Of a DNA stretch of 64,000 nucleotides, positions 62,121-64,000 are shown one piece after another. The notes under the pieces are model-generated. The model did no database searches. It worked only from the letters and a program-made list of their open reading frames with translations, and was not told the origin of the DNA. Source of the DNA: Squalus acanthias (Eukaryota); assembly GCA_030390025.1 (NCBI GenBank), contig CM059432.1:12090001-12154000 (forward strand), in the 5' to 3' direction. A program made the position numbers and the translations under genes. How positions within the stretch are numbered: the first letter of the stretch is position 1; every line of letters starts with the position of its first letter.

Positions 62121-63277
62121 ATAAGAGATTAGCGTGTAAAGTTAAGGCACATGGGATTGGGGGCAAGGTATTGACTTGGATAGAGAACTGGTTGGCGGAC
62201 AGAAAGCAGAGAGTAGGAATTAATGGGTCTTTTTCCGAGTGGCAGGCAGTGACTAGTGGGGTACCGCAGGGATCGGTCCTTGGACCCCAGTTATTCACAA
62301 TATACATTAATGATCTAGATAAGGGAACTAAATGTAATATCTCCAAGTTTGCAGATGACACAAAGCTGGGTGGGAGTGTGTGCTGCGAGGAGGATACCGA
62401 GAAACTCCAGGATGATTTGGACAGGTTGGGTGAGTGGGCAGAAGCGTGGCAGATGCAATATAACATGGATAAGTGCGAGGTTATCCACTTTGGTGTCAAA
62501 AACAGAAAGGCAGACTATTATCTGAATGGCAATAGATTGGGAGAAGGGGAAGTGCAACGAGACCTGGGTGTCCTTGTGCACCAGTCGCTGAAAGTAAGCA
62601 TGCAGGTGCAGCAGGCGGTGAAGAAGGCAAATGGTATGTTGGCCTTCATAGCGAAAGGGTTTGAGTATAGGAACAGGGATGTCCTGCTGCAGTTGTACAG
62701 GGCCTTGGTGAGACCACACCTTGAGTACTGTGTGCAGTTTTGGTCGCCTTATCTGAGGAAGGATGTTCTTGCCATGGAAGGAGTTCAGCGAAGATTCACA
62801 AGGCTGATACCTGGGATGGCAGGAATGACATATGAGGAGAGATTGGGTCGATTGGGCTTATACTCGCTGGAGTATAGAAGAATGAGAGGGGATCTCATCG
62901 AAACATATAAAATTCTGACAGGTCTGGACAAACTAGATGCAGGAAGAATGTTCCCGATGGTCGGAGAGTCCAGAACCAGGGGTCATAATCTAAGGATAAC
63001 GGTTAAGCCATTTAGGACAGAAATGAGGAAGAATTTCTTCACCCAGAGAGTGGTGAACCTGTGGAATTCTCTACCACAGAAGGTAGTTGAGGCCAAGTCA
63101 TAAATATATTCAAGAATGAGTTAGATATATTTCTTAAAGCTAAAGGTAACAAGGGATATGGGGAGAAGGCAGGTACAGGGTACTGAATTTGGATGATCAG
63201 CCATGATTTCATCGAATGGCGGAGCAGGCTCGAGGGGCCGAATGGCCTACTCCTGCTCCTATCTTCTATGTTTCTAT
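62121..63277 (+). mobile_element. Young 5'-truncated CR1 nested in a minus-strand L2 fragment (61875-63620)
   Basis: Seen: near-identical to the reverse complement of about 54290-55430. Flanking L2 RT remnants IQSWMHLNFLQLNIGKTEAI and LLNLSAAFDVVD. Confidence 0.9.
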
Positions 63278-64000
63278 AAGCAGACTGACGACACAGTGGT
63301 AGGTTCGAGAGGGGTGGTGAAGAGGTAGAGCTGGGTGTTGTCAGCGTACATGTGGAAGCTGATCCCATGACCGTAGATGATGTTACTAAGGGGCAACATG
63401 TAGATGAGGAAGAGGAAGTGCCTTAGGGGATTCCTGCGGGGCGAGAGGAGAAGCCAGTGCTGCAGATGGTCTGGCTACAACTGGATAGGTAAGAGTGGAA
63501 CCAAGTGTGGGCAGTCCCACTACGCTGGACAACAGAAGAGATGGCGCAGTCGACCACATCAAAGGCTGCAGAGAGGTTAAGGAGGGATATTGTACCATGG
63601 TCACAGTTATAGAGGATATCATTGCATGGGATAATACAGTGAGTCACCTTGAGCAACTTCATGGGAGATCAGCATATGTCTATATAATTAATGTAAAACT
63701 ACTTCACAGTGCAAATATACTCCCAGATACAATCCAAGTTTAGAAGGACAAATCTATAATTGCACTTAGATGTTTCTCAGTTTAAATGGATATAGTATGA
63801 AAATTTTACACATCGACTACTATGCTTAATCAAAGTACTAGTAACAGCACTGATTTAATAACTAGAGGATGGATTTGCTTTGTCAAAGCAAGTGACAAAG
63901 ATTAGAATATTCTGTCCCTTCTAAGGAAAGTTGGGATTGACTAGTATGGTAATTTGCAACACATGGCCTAAGGGCCAAACCTAGACCTCAAGATCTTTCA

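Noticed and set aside
1..64000. CRISPR arrays, operons, rRNA or viral genes
   Set aside because: None seen; the repeats are vertebrate transposons rather than regularly spaced direct repeats.

Overview
Eukaryotic, repeat-dominated vertebrate DNA, most likely from a cartilaginous fish (inferred from shark-type CR1/HER1 LINEs, HE1-like V-SINE and SacSINE1-like DeuSINEs). The only host protein-coding sequence I can support is the first two coding exons of inositol monophosphatase 2 (IMPA2) on the minus strand (23818-23904, 13430-13563). A CpG-rich candidate promoter/first exon of an unidentified plus-strand gene lies at about 41.9-42.3 kb. Main findings: (1) a near-intact 4.16-kb two-gene PIF/Harbinger transposon (43825-47987) with a three-exon Myb/SANT-like gene and a convergent HARBI1-like transposase carrying one frameshift; (2) three non-autonomous relatives within 12 kb, with these and other MITEs sharing a target-site consensus resembling that of zebrafish Harbinger3_DR; (3) two families of fold-back Penelope-like insertions carrying minimal hammerhead-ribozyme motifs on both strands. 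The rest is deeply nested CR1, L2, Tx1, SINE and hAT/Harbinger MITE debris. All calls were made by eye. Boundaries of degraded repeats are approximate and no database search was run.
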